This document shows, piece by piece, positions 19,160 to 27,169 of a stretch of DNA of 64,000 nt. The DNA lies in NCBI GenBank assembly GCA_039679675.1, contig JBDKUN010000031.1, forward strand, positions 957 through 64,956, written 5' to 3'. Origin of the DNA: Armatimonadota bacterium (lineage in GTDB: Bacteria; Armatimonadota; UBA5829; DTLH01). The stretch's first letter is position 1; the number at the start of each line of letters is the position of its first letter. The notes beneath the pieces were generated by a model. That model was not told where the DNA came from and did no database searches. It saw nothing but the letters and a program-made list of their open reading frames with translations. The position numbers and the translations under genes are program-made.

Positions 19160-19909
19160 ATGTCTTCACCGACAGCGTTTATATCAGAGATATTTACCTC
19201 GATACAGGGCGAGGGGATTTATACGGGGCGGCCGCAGGTGTTCGTCCGGTTCTGTGGCTGTAACCTGAACTGCGACTACTGCGACACTCCCGCGTCCAGA
19301 GACAGGCAAAAACCGTTCTGTTCGGTCGAAAAGACTCCGGGCAGAGGCGATTTTGCGTATATGCAGAACCCTCTCGTGGTGGATGATGTTGTCGAGGCTA
19401 TCGAATCACTCGCAGTTTACGGAGATGTTTCACTGACTGGCGGCGAGCCGCTCCTGCAGTGTGATTTTCTCGTCAAACTCTTGCCTTTGCTCAGGAGTAA
19501 GGGATACAGAGTCCACCTTGAGACGAACGGGACGAAGCCGGATGAAGTCGCGCGGCTTGCAGGGCAGGTAGACGTGATAGCGATGGACTTCAAGCTCCAG
19601 TCTGCAGCCTGCGTGGGAGATTTATTCGATTTGCATGCGAAATTTCTGAAGGCCGCGAAACGCGCGAAGGTCTTCGTAAAGGCTGTAGTGACGTCTGAGA
19701 CGACGGATGCCGAAATTCGACGGTGCGCCGAGACGATAGCCGGAGCGAAGCCCGTTCCGCTGATTCTGCAGCCGGTTACTCCAGTCTCGGACGGAGGAAT
19801 GAAGCCGCCAGCGCTCCCGCAGCTTCTACGGATGCATGCAATAGCCTCCGAAGAGCTCGACGACGTTCGAATCCTTCCTCAGTTGCACAAGACGCTTGGG
19901 ATAAGGTAG
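19160..19909 (+). CDS. queE: 7-carboxy-7-deazaguanine synthase (radical SAM)
   Basis: 'EIFTSIQGEGIYTGRPQVFVRFCGCNLNCDYCDTP' is the QueE N-terminal signature with the Cx3Cx2C-like cluster motif. Confidence 0.75.
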   Translation: MSSPTAFISEIFTSIQGEGIYTGRPQVFVRFCGCNLNCDYCDTPASRDRQKPFCSVEKTPGRGDFAYMQNPLVVDDVVEAIESLAVYGDVSLTGGEPLLQCDFLVKLLPLLRSKGYRVHLETNGTKPDEVARLAGQVDVIAMDFKLQSAACVGDLFDLHAKFLKAAKRAKVFVKAVVTSETTDAEIRRCAETIAGAKPVPLILQPVTPVSDGGMKPPALPQLLRMHAIASEELDDVRILPQLHKTLGIR

Positions 19910-19982
19910 ATTTTAGGGAACAGGGAACAGAAATTTGGAGTGCGGAAGCGTTAGCTTCCGCTTTTCTATCGACATTCACCAA

Positions 19983-20296
19983 TTTTTGTAGTGGCCGGTC
20001 TCAGTGCCGGCCATCGTCACCGTAGGTGACGGGAGCTCTCATGCTGCACACATTATCTTTGAACTTAGGAGTTTCAGGGTCCATTCTTTTCCTGGATGCT
20101 GAATCTATGGATTTTCGGCCATAGCCGAAAATCTTCCGGGAGAGTTTCAGGTATTACCTGAAACTCCTTAGTTCAGCATGACGTGGTGGTAGTCCAACAT
20201 GACATACCATACGCTTCGGGATTCTTTTCTTCCCGAAGCACGAGTCTCCACTAATCCCTTTTTCGCGCTTCTTCGCGCATTTCGCGATTCAAAACC
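19983..20296 (-). repeat. Left arm of imperfect inverted repeat flanking the HgdB-like gene (approximately 310 bp, carries a 68-bp nested insertion)
   Basis: Reverse-complement aligns with 21293-21556. Shared modules are a 'cgcgaa' triple repeat, a 'cttcggg...cccgaag' hairpin, 'atgtcatgttggac', the 'cgtcatgctgaa..ttcagcatccaggaaaagaatggac' double hairpin and a 'ggtgacgatggccgg..gagaccggccactaca' tail. Confidence 0.75.
20262..20286 (+). promoter_or_regulatory. Three 'ttcgcg' direct repeats at approximately 10-bp phasing immediately upstream of the HgdB-like gene
   Basis: 'tttcgcgcttcttcgcgcatttcgcgattc' ends 30 nt before the ATG. A mirrored set (cgcgaa repeated three times plus one degenerate copy) lies at 21305-21338. 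Confidence 0.4.
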
Positions 20297-20316
20297 TGAC
20301 AACTGATAGCTATAAA

Positions 20317-21288
20317 ATGGAAATCGGAATTACAACAACAATCCCAGTAGAGATAGTCTACGCAGCCGGACATGTGCCGGTGGACCTGAACAATATTTTC
20401 ATAGCCGCTGATGACCCGCAGTCGCTGGTCGTCCGGGCGGAGCATGACGGCTACCCGAGAAACGTCTGCGGGTGGATAAAAGGAATTTACGGCACCGCGC
20501 TCAATAAAGGTATCAAAACCGTTATAGCCGCGGTAGAGGGCGACTGCAGCCAGACGCAGGCGATGATGGAAACGCTCGAAATGGCAGGTGTAGAGATTAT
20601 CCCGTTCGCGTTTCCATACGGTCGGGACCGCGATATGCTCGCGATGCAGCTCCGCAAACTGGCAAACCGCCTCGATGCTGACTGGTCGGAGGTCTATGAT
20701 TGGAAATCGCGGCTGGACGGCATTCGCCGGAAGATTTGGCAGGTCGATGAGCTGACCTGGAAGGACGGAAAGGTCACCGGCCTCGAAAACCATCTCTGGC
20801 AGGTGAGTGCGAGCGACTTCTGGGGCGACCCAGACAAATTCGAGCATGAGTTGGATAGTTTTATCGCCGAAGCAAGCTCGCGCGAGCCGAAAAAGGCGCA
20901 AATACGGCTCGGTTATGCAGGTATTCCGGCAATTTTCAACGACTTGTATCAGCTTCTGGAGGAGCGTGGAACGTCAGTAGTCTTCAATGAAGTCCAGCGC
21001 CAGTTCTCCATGCCGTTCGAGACGGATGACATAGTCGAACAGTACGCGAGATACACCTATCCCTACGACATTTTCGGGCGGATCGAGGATATCAAACGCG
21101 AGATCGAGCGGAGGGAGATCGACGGGCTGATTCACTACACCCAGAGCTTCTGCTTCAGGCAGATTCAAGACCTGATCGTGAGGAACAATATCGACATCCC
21201 GATTCTGACGCTCGAAGGTGAGTCTCCCGGACCGATAGACGCTCGCACGCGCGTGCGGATAGAGAGTTTCGTGGAGATGCTTGGATAG
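20317..21288 (+). CDS. 2-hydroxyacyl-CoA dehydratase / benzoyl-CoA reductase subunit family protein (HgdB/BcrC/BadD-like, PF06050-type)
   Basis: 323 aa. N-terminal 'IPVEIVYAAGHVPVDL' matches the HgdB 'VPEELVYAAGMVPMG' block. C-terminal 'GLIHYTQSFCFRQIQD' matches the 'GLIVFMMQFCDPEE' block. No activator ATPase gene nearby. Weak or no SD. Confidence 0.55.
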   Translation: MEIGITTTIPVEIVYAAGHVPVDLNNIFIAADDPQSLVVRAEHDGYPRNVCGWIKGIYGTALNKGIKTVIAAVEGDCSQTQAMMETLEMAGVEIIPFAFPYGRDRDMLAMQLRKLANRLDADWSEVYDWKSRLDGIRRKIWQVDELTWKDGKVTGLENHLWQVSASDFWGDPDKFEHELDSFIAEASSREPKKAQIRLGYAGIPAIFNDLYQLLEERGTSVVFNEVQRQFSMPFETDDIVEQYARYTYPYDIFGRIEDIKREIERREIDGLIHYTQSFCFRQIQDLIVRNNIDIPILTLEGESPGPIDARTRVRIESFVEMLG

Positions 21289-21292
21289 CAGC

Positions 21293-21556
21293 TAGGTTTT
21301 GAATCGCGAAGAACGCGAAGGAGCACGAAAGACGCGAAAATGGGATTAGTGAATGTCATGTTTCGGGGCGAAAAGCGATCCCGAAGCATAGGGTTATGTC
21401 ATGTTGGACGACCGCACGTCATGCTGAATCAAGTTCAGCATCCAGGAAAAGAATGGACTCTGAAACTCCTTAGTTCAAGGATGATATATGCAGCATGAGA
21501 GATTCCGTCGTCTGCGGTGACGATGGCCGGGACGGAGACCGGCCACTACAGCATCT
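21293..21556 (+). repeat. Right arm of inverted repeat flanking the HgdB-like gene
   Basis: Begins 4 nt after the stop codon. See the left arm. Confidence 0.75.
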
Positions 21557-21563
21557 CTGTTCC

Positions 21564-22910
21564 CTACTCCCTGTTACCTGTTCCCTCTTTCGGCAACAGC
21601 GACAACTGGCGGTTCGTCGCGGAAAGCAGTGCGGCGGCTGCCGCGCGATATGGGTCAGCGTGTTTTACAACCGCGCTTCCGGCGCATGTGCTGCTGTTTC
21701 TCGGTGTAATCAGAGTCGCAATGACCGATACGACCTCTCTGTCATCCCCTGCTTTGAATGTAATCACGTCGTCGATCATAATGCCGTGATCTGCCGGGAG
21801 CGACTTCGACGCCGCCGAAGCAGTTGCCTCTGCAACTAACCTGAGGAGGCTTCGTCCACCTGTCGAATATCCAGTCACGGAGTGGCTGAACTCTGCATCT
21901 CCGAGCGAGAGCAGGACTTGAACCGTAGTCTCAGCCGGGCTCGTAGAGAGCCGGATGGTCTGAATCTTCAGTCTTGTCTGCTGCGCGCGAGGTGTCACAG
22001 TCTGGACAGGTGCCGCCGCCGGTTGTACTGCAGGCGCAGGTTGAGCTGTCTGTAACTCGGCTGGGGCTGGTTTCGCCGCTTCTTCGGGCTTCACAGGCTT
22101 CGATGCGGTGCAGTTCAAGCTCGCATTGGTGATAAGGTCGTCCAGCATCGCAGCCGAGTGAACCTGTTCACGGCCGCCCGACCTCCGGCCTCCGGCCATG
22201 CCGAATGTTGCGCCGATTTTTTCAGGCAGTCCGGGGATTTCAATTTGGGAGATCTTCTCCATGAGCTGCCTGCCGAACTCCGTCGCGTCAGTCGCTTTCC
22301 GGTAGCTGGCAATTGAGAACTCATCCCCTGCGTACCGGCACAAAAAGTCTTTTGCAGGATCGACAGATGACGACAGAACTTCAGCAACGGACTTCAGCAC
22401 ATTATCGCCCATCACATGCCCGTATTTTTTGTTGAATCTTCCGAACGAGTTCATATCGATGAGGATAACGGAAATCTCGAAACCGTGGTCCAGGGCGCTT
22501 ATTCCCCATTCTCTGAACGCATCCCGCCATGGCAGCTTTGTCAGTGTATCGTAGGACTGTCCAAGCTCCGCTACGATGTCGCTTCGGGAGACAATGCCGA
22601 CAAGTTTCCCGGAATCAACAATAAGGAGGTGGCTGTTTCCGCCGACTTTCATCATCTCCGCCGCCTGGAAGACCGGCGTATCCGACGGGACTGCAGTGTA
22701 GTTCTTGTCCATAACGTCCATGATGGACGAATCCGGGCTCTGGCCCAAGAGAGAAGAACAATACAGCATTCCGACAACGGAGTCGTGGGCGTAGACGACC
22801 GGAAGGGCATCTATCCCATGCCCTTTCAGCAGGATTATCGCGGATTTGACTTGTTGCGCCGGACTTATCCATACCACATCGGCGCTCATGACGTCTTTGA
22901 GTGTCTTCAT
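21564..22910 (-). CDS. CBS-pair + GGDEF-domain (variant 'AGDEF') protein with uncharacterised C-terminal domain
   Basis: N-terminal tandem CBS ('VMSADVVWISP...', 'GIVSRSDIV'). GGDEF fold includes 'ILIDMNSFGRFNKKYGHVMGDNVLK...LCRYAGDEFSIAS'. A Pro/Ala-rich linker is followed by an approximately 150-aa unknown domain. Confidence 0.65.
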   Translation of the reverse strand: MKTLKDVMSADVVWISPAQQVKSAIILLKGHGIDALPVVYAHDSVVGMLYCSSLLGQSPDSSIMDVMDKNYTAVPSDTPVFQAAEMMKVGGNSHLLIVDSGKLVGIVSRSDIVAELGQSYDTLTKLPWRDAFREWGISALDHGFEISVILIDMNSFGRFNKKYGHVMGDNVLKSVAEVLSSSVDPAKDFLCRYAGDEFSIASYRKATDATEFGRQLMEKISQIEIPGLPEKIGATFGMAGGRRSGGREQVHSAAMLDDLITNASLNCTASKPVKPEEAAKPAPAELQTAQPAPAVQPAAAPVQTVTPRAQQTRLKIQTIRLSTSPAETTVQVLLSLGDAEFSHSVTGYSTGGRSLLRLVAEATASAASKSLPADHGIMIDDVITFKAGDDREVVSVIATLITPRNSSTCAGSAVVKHADPYRAAAAALLSATNRQLSLLPKEGTGNRE

Positions 22911-23301
22911 CGAATTGTTCTTCTAATGAGTTTCAGGCGCTCCCCTCAGGCGATAGCAGCCTATCATATAGCAGTATACCTTATGCCGGCTACGGTAATC
23001 CACCCGCAGAAATACTAGAAATCACGTAGTTTTGCGCGTAATCGGGAGTAATTACACCGCTCAGCCGCGAAGAACAAGGATTTCCAATAACACAAAATTT
23101 TGCTATTTCGTGACGAGGTCGCTTCGGGATCTATTCATCGTGGTAACGCAGATACCTGGACAGGGTGTCAAATACAGCAGGCTGTTTCCTGTATTGCAAG
23201 CAGGGGAAGAATGAAAGGAAGCATAAGATAGACCAGCGCATACATATGAGCGGCAAGTCACGTTTTGCGACGCTTGCCGGAGTTGGAGAGGAGGAAAACA
23301 A

Positions 23302-24396
23302 GTGCCTAAATCAGCCCTTTTGATTGTGATTATTGCTGTTATAGCTGCGCAGGCAGGCGCTGTCGATCTGAGATCGAGCGGATCGGTTGTAGTGCCGGAA
23401 AAGGCCGCAATTAACGACGACCTTCTTGCCACCGGAAATAATGTCGACATATCGGGCAATGTGGCCGGGACGGCTCTTGTCGCCGGGCAGACTGTAAGTG
23501 CCACCGGCCTTGTAACCGGGTTTTTAGGTGCAGCAGGTCAAAATGTGAACGTACGCGGGGTTAAGCAGATGGTCGCTGCAGCCGGGCAAAACGTAAATAT
23601 TCAGGGATTGAACGCCAGAAATGCCGTCATTGCAGGAAACAGCGTCAATGTCGATGATACATCGAATATATCGAGGGATATGCTCTTGGCTGGGACCAGT
23701 GTGGCCACGCGCGGGACCATTGGCCGGAACCTGAAGGCAGCTGGGACAAACCTAAGTATCGGCGGAAACATCCGTGGGGATGTGCTGGCGAGCGGTAACA
23801 ATATTTCGATAATGCCGGGGACGGTTATCGGAGGCAATTTCATCTACGAAAGCCGGAACAAAGCGAAGATCGGTGAAGGCGCGCGGATTACGGGCAAAAT
23901 CGAACAGAGAATGCCTCGAAAGGCAACCGCGCCGAAAGGCCCGAGCAGGGTTGCACGGGCAGTCTTCGGATTTTTGATGATGTTCGTTTTCGGTGTGGTC
24001 ATGATCGCACTTTTCCCCAGGTGGTCAGCGGAAACGGCCCTGCGGGTGATCTCAGCGCCGGGCTGGTCAGTGCTCGCAGGCTTTATAGCGCTTATAATCA
24101 CTCCTGTCGCAGCGGTCATCATTTTTATAACGCTTATCGGAATCCCGATAGGGCTGACGCTCCTGTTTATCTATATCATCGCGTTGATGGTTGCCGTTAT
24201 AGTCGCAGCCCTAGCGGTCGGGGCGCTGACTTTAAGAGGCCGGACTATATGGCTACAGCTTTTGTTGGGACTTTTCATAATCTATGTGCTCGGAGCCATA
24301 CCTGTTCTTGGAGGGCTGGTACGGCTTGCGGTGATTATCTTCGGCTTGGGTGCAGTTGCGCTGATGTTTTTCCGGCGCCGGGTGCAGACAGCTTAA
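23302..24396 (+). CDS. Bactofilin-like beta-helical repeat protein fused to N-terminal signal/TM and C-terminal polytopic membrane domain
   Basis: Repeats 'GNNVDISGNVAG', 'GQNVNVRG', 'GQNVNIQG' and 'GNNISIMPG' resemble bactofilin/DUF583-type repeats. The last approximately 130 aa are 3-4 hydrophobic helices. GTG start with GGAGG 8 nt upstream. Confidence 0.4.
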   Translation: MPKSALLIVIIAVIAAQAGAVDLRSSGSVVVPEKAAINDDLLATGNNVDISGNVAGTALVAGQTVSATGLVTGFLGAAGQNVNVRGVKQMVAAAGQNVNIQGLNARNAVIAGNSVNVDDTSNISRDMLLAGTSVATRGTIGRNLKAAGTNLSIGGNIRGDVLASGNNISIMPGTVIGGNFIYESRNKAKIGEGARITGKIEQRMPRKATAPKGPSRVARAVFGFLMMFVFGVVMIALFPRWSAETALRVISAPGWSVLAGFIALIITPVAAVIIFITLIGIPIGLTLLFIYIIALMVAVIVAALAVGALTLRGRTIWLQLLLGLFIIYVLGAIPVLGGLVRLAVIIFGLGAVALMFFRRRVQTA

Positions 24397-24483
24397 CGAT
24401 CAATCATGGTAAGCCTGCACCGCATAACCCGTATTCTGCCAGGGTAGATATTACATAAATATTGACGGGAAAGAGGTGTTGAT

Positions 24484-24747
24484 ATGCCGACATTCATGGT
24501 CGAGTCATCGCATACGAAAGAGGAATGCGTTCAGTCGCTGGACGAGTTGAAGAATAAGGAACCGGAGATTCTTGATAAGATGGAGTTTGGCTGCATGTCA
24601 GGTGTTCATACCGGCTGGGCTACTGTCGATGCTGCGAACGAATCGGAAGTCAGGAATATGATCCCTTCCGATCTGCGCGACAAGGCACGGGTGGTTGAAG
24701 TCAGCAAATTTACGCCGGAACAGATAGAATCGTTCCACAAAGCGTGA
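24484..24747 (+). CDS. Hypothetical small protein (87 aa)
   Basis: AAGAGG RBS. Followed by a perfect palindrome terminator. No recognisable domain. Confidence 0.4.
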   Translation: MPTFMVESSHTKEECVQSLDELKNKEPEILDKMEFGCMSGVHTGWATVDAANESEVRNMIPSDLRDKARVVEVSKFTPEQIESFHKA

Positions 24748-24758
24748 CCTAATCTGCC

Positions 24759-24783
24759 GGATGGGCGGTATTCCCGCCCATCC
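24759..24783. terminator. Bidirectional hairpin 'ggatgggcgg-tatt-cccgcccatcc' between convergent genes
   Basis: Perfect 10-bp stem. Weak U-tracts. Confidence 0.5.
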
Positions 24784-24791
24784 TCCGCTGT

Positions 24792-25586
24792 TTATGGGTT
24801 GATTGTGATCATCATACGATGATGATTAGTTGAGTCCCACCAGCGTTTTGTCTTTTTATCCCAATTTTTCTCAACGGTGAAAACCTCAGGCATTTGTGAT
24901 ATCTGGACTGTCCCAACATGTCCGTCGGCGAAGAGAATATATGAGCTGCTGCCATGAAGCTTAGGACTGCACTTGCCGTAAATGGGGTCGCTCTCAGTAA
25001 AAAACGCACCCACAGGTGGTGTTTTTGATGTATTGCATCTATTGACCGGCCTGCATACTGCCGCTTTGCATGTTCTGTCCATTTCACGAAGGAGCATTGT
25101 ATTGGAAGCAAGCTTTAGATCAGTTTCGGCTAGCTCCAACAGGTTGTAATTCATTGCATAGGAGGTAGCCGCAGTGCTGTTTCCTGCAATATCTTTAGCG
25201 TTAGGACACCTCCATACAGATTGGTTATCGTCTGGTGCGCTAACTTTCTTCACGTATGGGTACAGTGCTTCAACCCAGTTATGCCCGTATTGATGCAGCC
25301 TGGAATTAGCAGCGCTATCAGGTGATAGCCGAATTTCGCAGCTCAAATTCCCGCTGAGGGTGCGGTTAGTTGGAAACTTATCATTCCAATCATATGTGTA
25401 GGCTTTTAGTGCCTTGGCTAGCTGGTTCAAATTCCATTGGCAAGTTGAGTCTGAAGTTGGCTCAATAGTCTTGAAGAAGATCGGAAACATGATAATGGCG
25501 ACTACAAAGCAAATGGCTATCACTGCTAAAAGACTGATGATACTGATCTTTCCATTGCATCCAGAATTCTTACCGCTGCGGAACAT
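24792..25586 (-). CDS. DUF1559 / 'H-X9-DG' family protein with degenerate prepilin-type N-terminus
   Basis: N-terminal hydrophobic segment 'ISIISLLAVIAICFVVAIIMFPIF', 'CQWNLNQLAKALKAYTYDWNDKFP' and C-terminal 'ILFADGHVGTVQI' (HX9DG). The start was moved to the ATG with an AGGAGGGG RBS. This family is expanded in PVC bacteria. Confidence 0.65.
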   Translation of the reverse strand: MFRSGKNSGCNGKISIISLLAVIAICFVVAIIMFPIFFKTIEPTSDSTCQWNLNQLAKALKAYTYDWNDKFPTNRTLSGNLSCEIRLSPDSAANSRLHQYGHNWVEALYPYVKKVSAPDDNQSVWRCPNAKDIAGNSTAATSYAMNYNLLELAETDLKLASNTMLLREMDRTCKAAVCRPVNRCNTSKTPPVGAFFTESDPIYGKCSPKLHGSSSYILFADGHVGTVQISQMPEVFTVEKNWDKKTKRWWDSTNHHRMMITINP

Positions 25587-25644
25587 GGCTATCCCCTCCT
25601 TCGTTATGTACATTAGACACGTGCCGGTGCCAAAAAGTTCGAGC

Positions 25645-25992
25645 CTACGGCGCAAGCAATGTGAAAGGGTAGACGGGGATGTTTCTCAGTATGCCGTAGA
25701 TAATAATGACCGCGAGCACGCACCACAGCCAAATGGCCTTGACAGGCTGCGCAGGCCGCATTTGCCGGAGTGCCTGCCTGATATATAAATATAGCAGGAA
25801 CGGAATGGATATGACCATCAGCGGGTTGAGGTCGAGCGCCGCAAGAATATGGCCGTGAAGAAGTTGATGCATGGCGCGTGTGGAGCCGCATCCTGGGCAG
25901 TAAAATCCCGTCAGTGCATGAAACGGGCATGGCGGCAAATACCAGCTGATATTTGGGTTCAAAACATATAAAAAGATCAGCGCTGCCAGCAT
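25645..25992 (-). CDS. DUF2752-family membrane protein
   Basis: 'CPFHALTGFYCPGCGSTRAMHQLLHG' is the DUF2752 signature. The start is uncertain; the track gives a TTG at 26166. Confidence 0.5.
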   Translation of the reverse strand: MLAALIFLYVLNPNISWYLPPCPFHALTGFYCPGCGSTRAMHQLLHGHILAALDLNPLMVISIPFLLYLYIRQALRQMRPAQPVKAIWLWCVLAVIIIYGILRNIPVYPFTLLAP

Positions 25993-26069
25993 TCCTGCTG
26001 CAGACAGCGCTGATCTAATCGGCACGAACTTACGGTGTGTTGTGTCCGTTTTAACTATAGAATCCACTT

Positions 26070-26606
26070 TTAGTAACCCGGTCGTGGAACAGCGCCTTTG
26101 GCTGCCATTAGAATAATTCTGATAACTATTCCTACTAATCCCAGTCCAAATGATACCCAAGACCAAGTCTTGGCTTTATTTGATGAATCAACCGCGCCAG
26201 CATAATCACCTTGCTGCAGCTTTGAATTGACCTGAGTCGAATAGATTATAGCCACGATTCCGGTTATTAAGCAGCAGAAGAGAGTGACAACAATAGACTC
26301 TGCCAGGTGATTAGGTACATTCGGGGGCGGTGCCGCCGGCCGCTGATAAGGCCGCTGTCCCGGGTATTGCCCAGGATATTGTCCGGGTTGCTGGTTAGGA
26401 TACTGACCAGGCTGCTGATTATACTGTCCCGACGGTTGTCCCGGCTGTTGTGTCAGTGGTTGCCCTGGCGGCTGTGTCAACGGCCCTGGTTGTTGTCCAA
26501 ATGGCTGTCCGGGCTGCTGTTCCGGCGCTGGTATTAACGGATCGCCGCACCTTACACACCGTTTAGCATTATCCTCGTTTTGTGTCCCACATCGTCTGCA
26601 AAACAA
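26070..26606 (-). CDS. Zinc-ribbon + Pro/Gln-rich linker + CD225/dispanin-family membrane protein
   Basis: 'MFCRRCGTQNEDNAKRCVRCG', (QQPGQ)n repeats and C-terminal 'VTLFCCLITGIVAIIYSTQVNSKLQQGDYAGAVDSSNKAKTW'. TTG start with GGAGG. Confidence 0.55.
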   Translation of the reverse strand: MFCRRCGTQNEDNAKRCVRCGDPLIPAPEQQPGQPFGQQPGPLTQPPGQPLTQQPGQPSGQYNQQPGQYPNQQPGQYPGQYPGQRPYQRPAAPPPNVPNHLAESIVVTLFCCLITGIVAIIYSTQVNSKLQQGDYAGAVDSSNKAKTWSWVSFGLGLVGIVIRIILMAAKGAVPRPGY

Positions 26607-26636
26607 ACCTGTTTCCTCCGTTTATGTTGGAAATTA

Positions 26637-27023
26637 TTATATCGCGGAACTCGTCATCTGTATTACTATTACTGCCACAAGGCCGATAGTGCCCAGAATT
26701 CCCATCACTATACCAAAAATTGCCCGACCTTTACCCATCTTCTCAGGGTTTTTCTTGATGTCCTTAAGAGCCAGAATCCCAAGCAGGATGGCAATCGGTC
26801 CAAAGACGAGCAAAGCCGAGAAAAGACCCGCATATCCTGCGGCTACTGCAAGTGCAGACCTTCCGACAGGCAGTATATACTTAAGATCGGAATCATACTG
26901 AGCAGGGTTGACATTTACAGGCTGGCTGGCCAATGGTATCGGTTGGATCTGGATGATTGTCTGGCAAGATACACACCGGTAAGCATTATTTTCGTTTTCA
27001 GTACCGCACTTTGGACAAAACAT
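26637..27023 (-). CDS. Zinc-ribbon + DUF4190-type membrane protein (paralogous architecture to the upstream gene)
   Basis: 'MFCPKCGTENENNAYRCVSCQ' followed by two TM helices with a 'GIVMGILG' motif. Confidence 0.5.
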   Translation of the reverse strand: MFCPKCGTENENNAYRCVSCQTIIQIQPIPLASQPVNVNPAQYDSDLKYILPVGRSALAVAAGYAGLFSALLVFGPIAILLGILALKDIKKNPEKMGKGRAIFGIVMGILGTIGLVAVIVIQMTSSAI

Positions 27024-27169
27024 GCTAAGACCTCTGTGTCATTCGTTTATCTGCAAACAAATTTGATGGCAGGCTGCTTGAAGTGTACAACTGTTGCGAT
27101 CAGTTGTCAATACTGTTGAGCCTGCATGACATTTATTTGTTCTTGTTTGGCTGCAATCGGTCAAATGGC

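Noticed and set aside
20251-20901. 216-aa minus-strand ORF overlapping the HgdB-like gene
   Set aside because: It is entirely antisense to a well-supported homologous CDS, has no RBS and no recognisable motif. Treated as a shadow ORF.
19983-21556. Integron cassette/attC interpretation of the inverted repeats
   Set aside because: No intI gene. The arms are far longer than attC sites, lack the GTTRRRY cores, and bracket the gene on both sides rather than following it.
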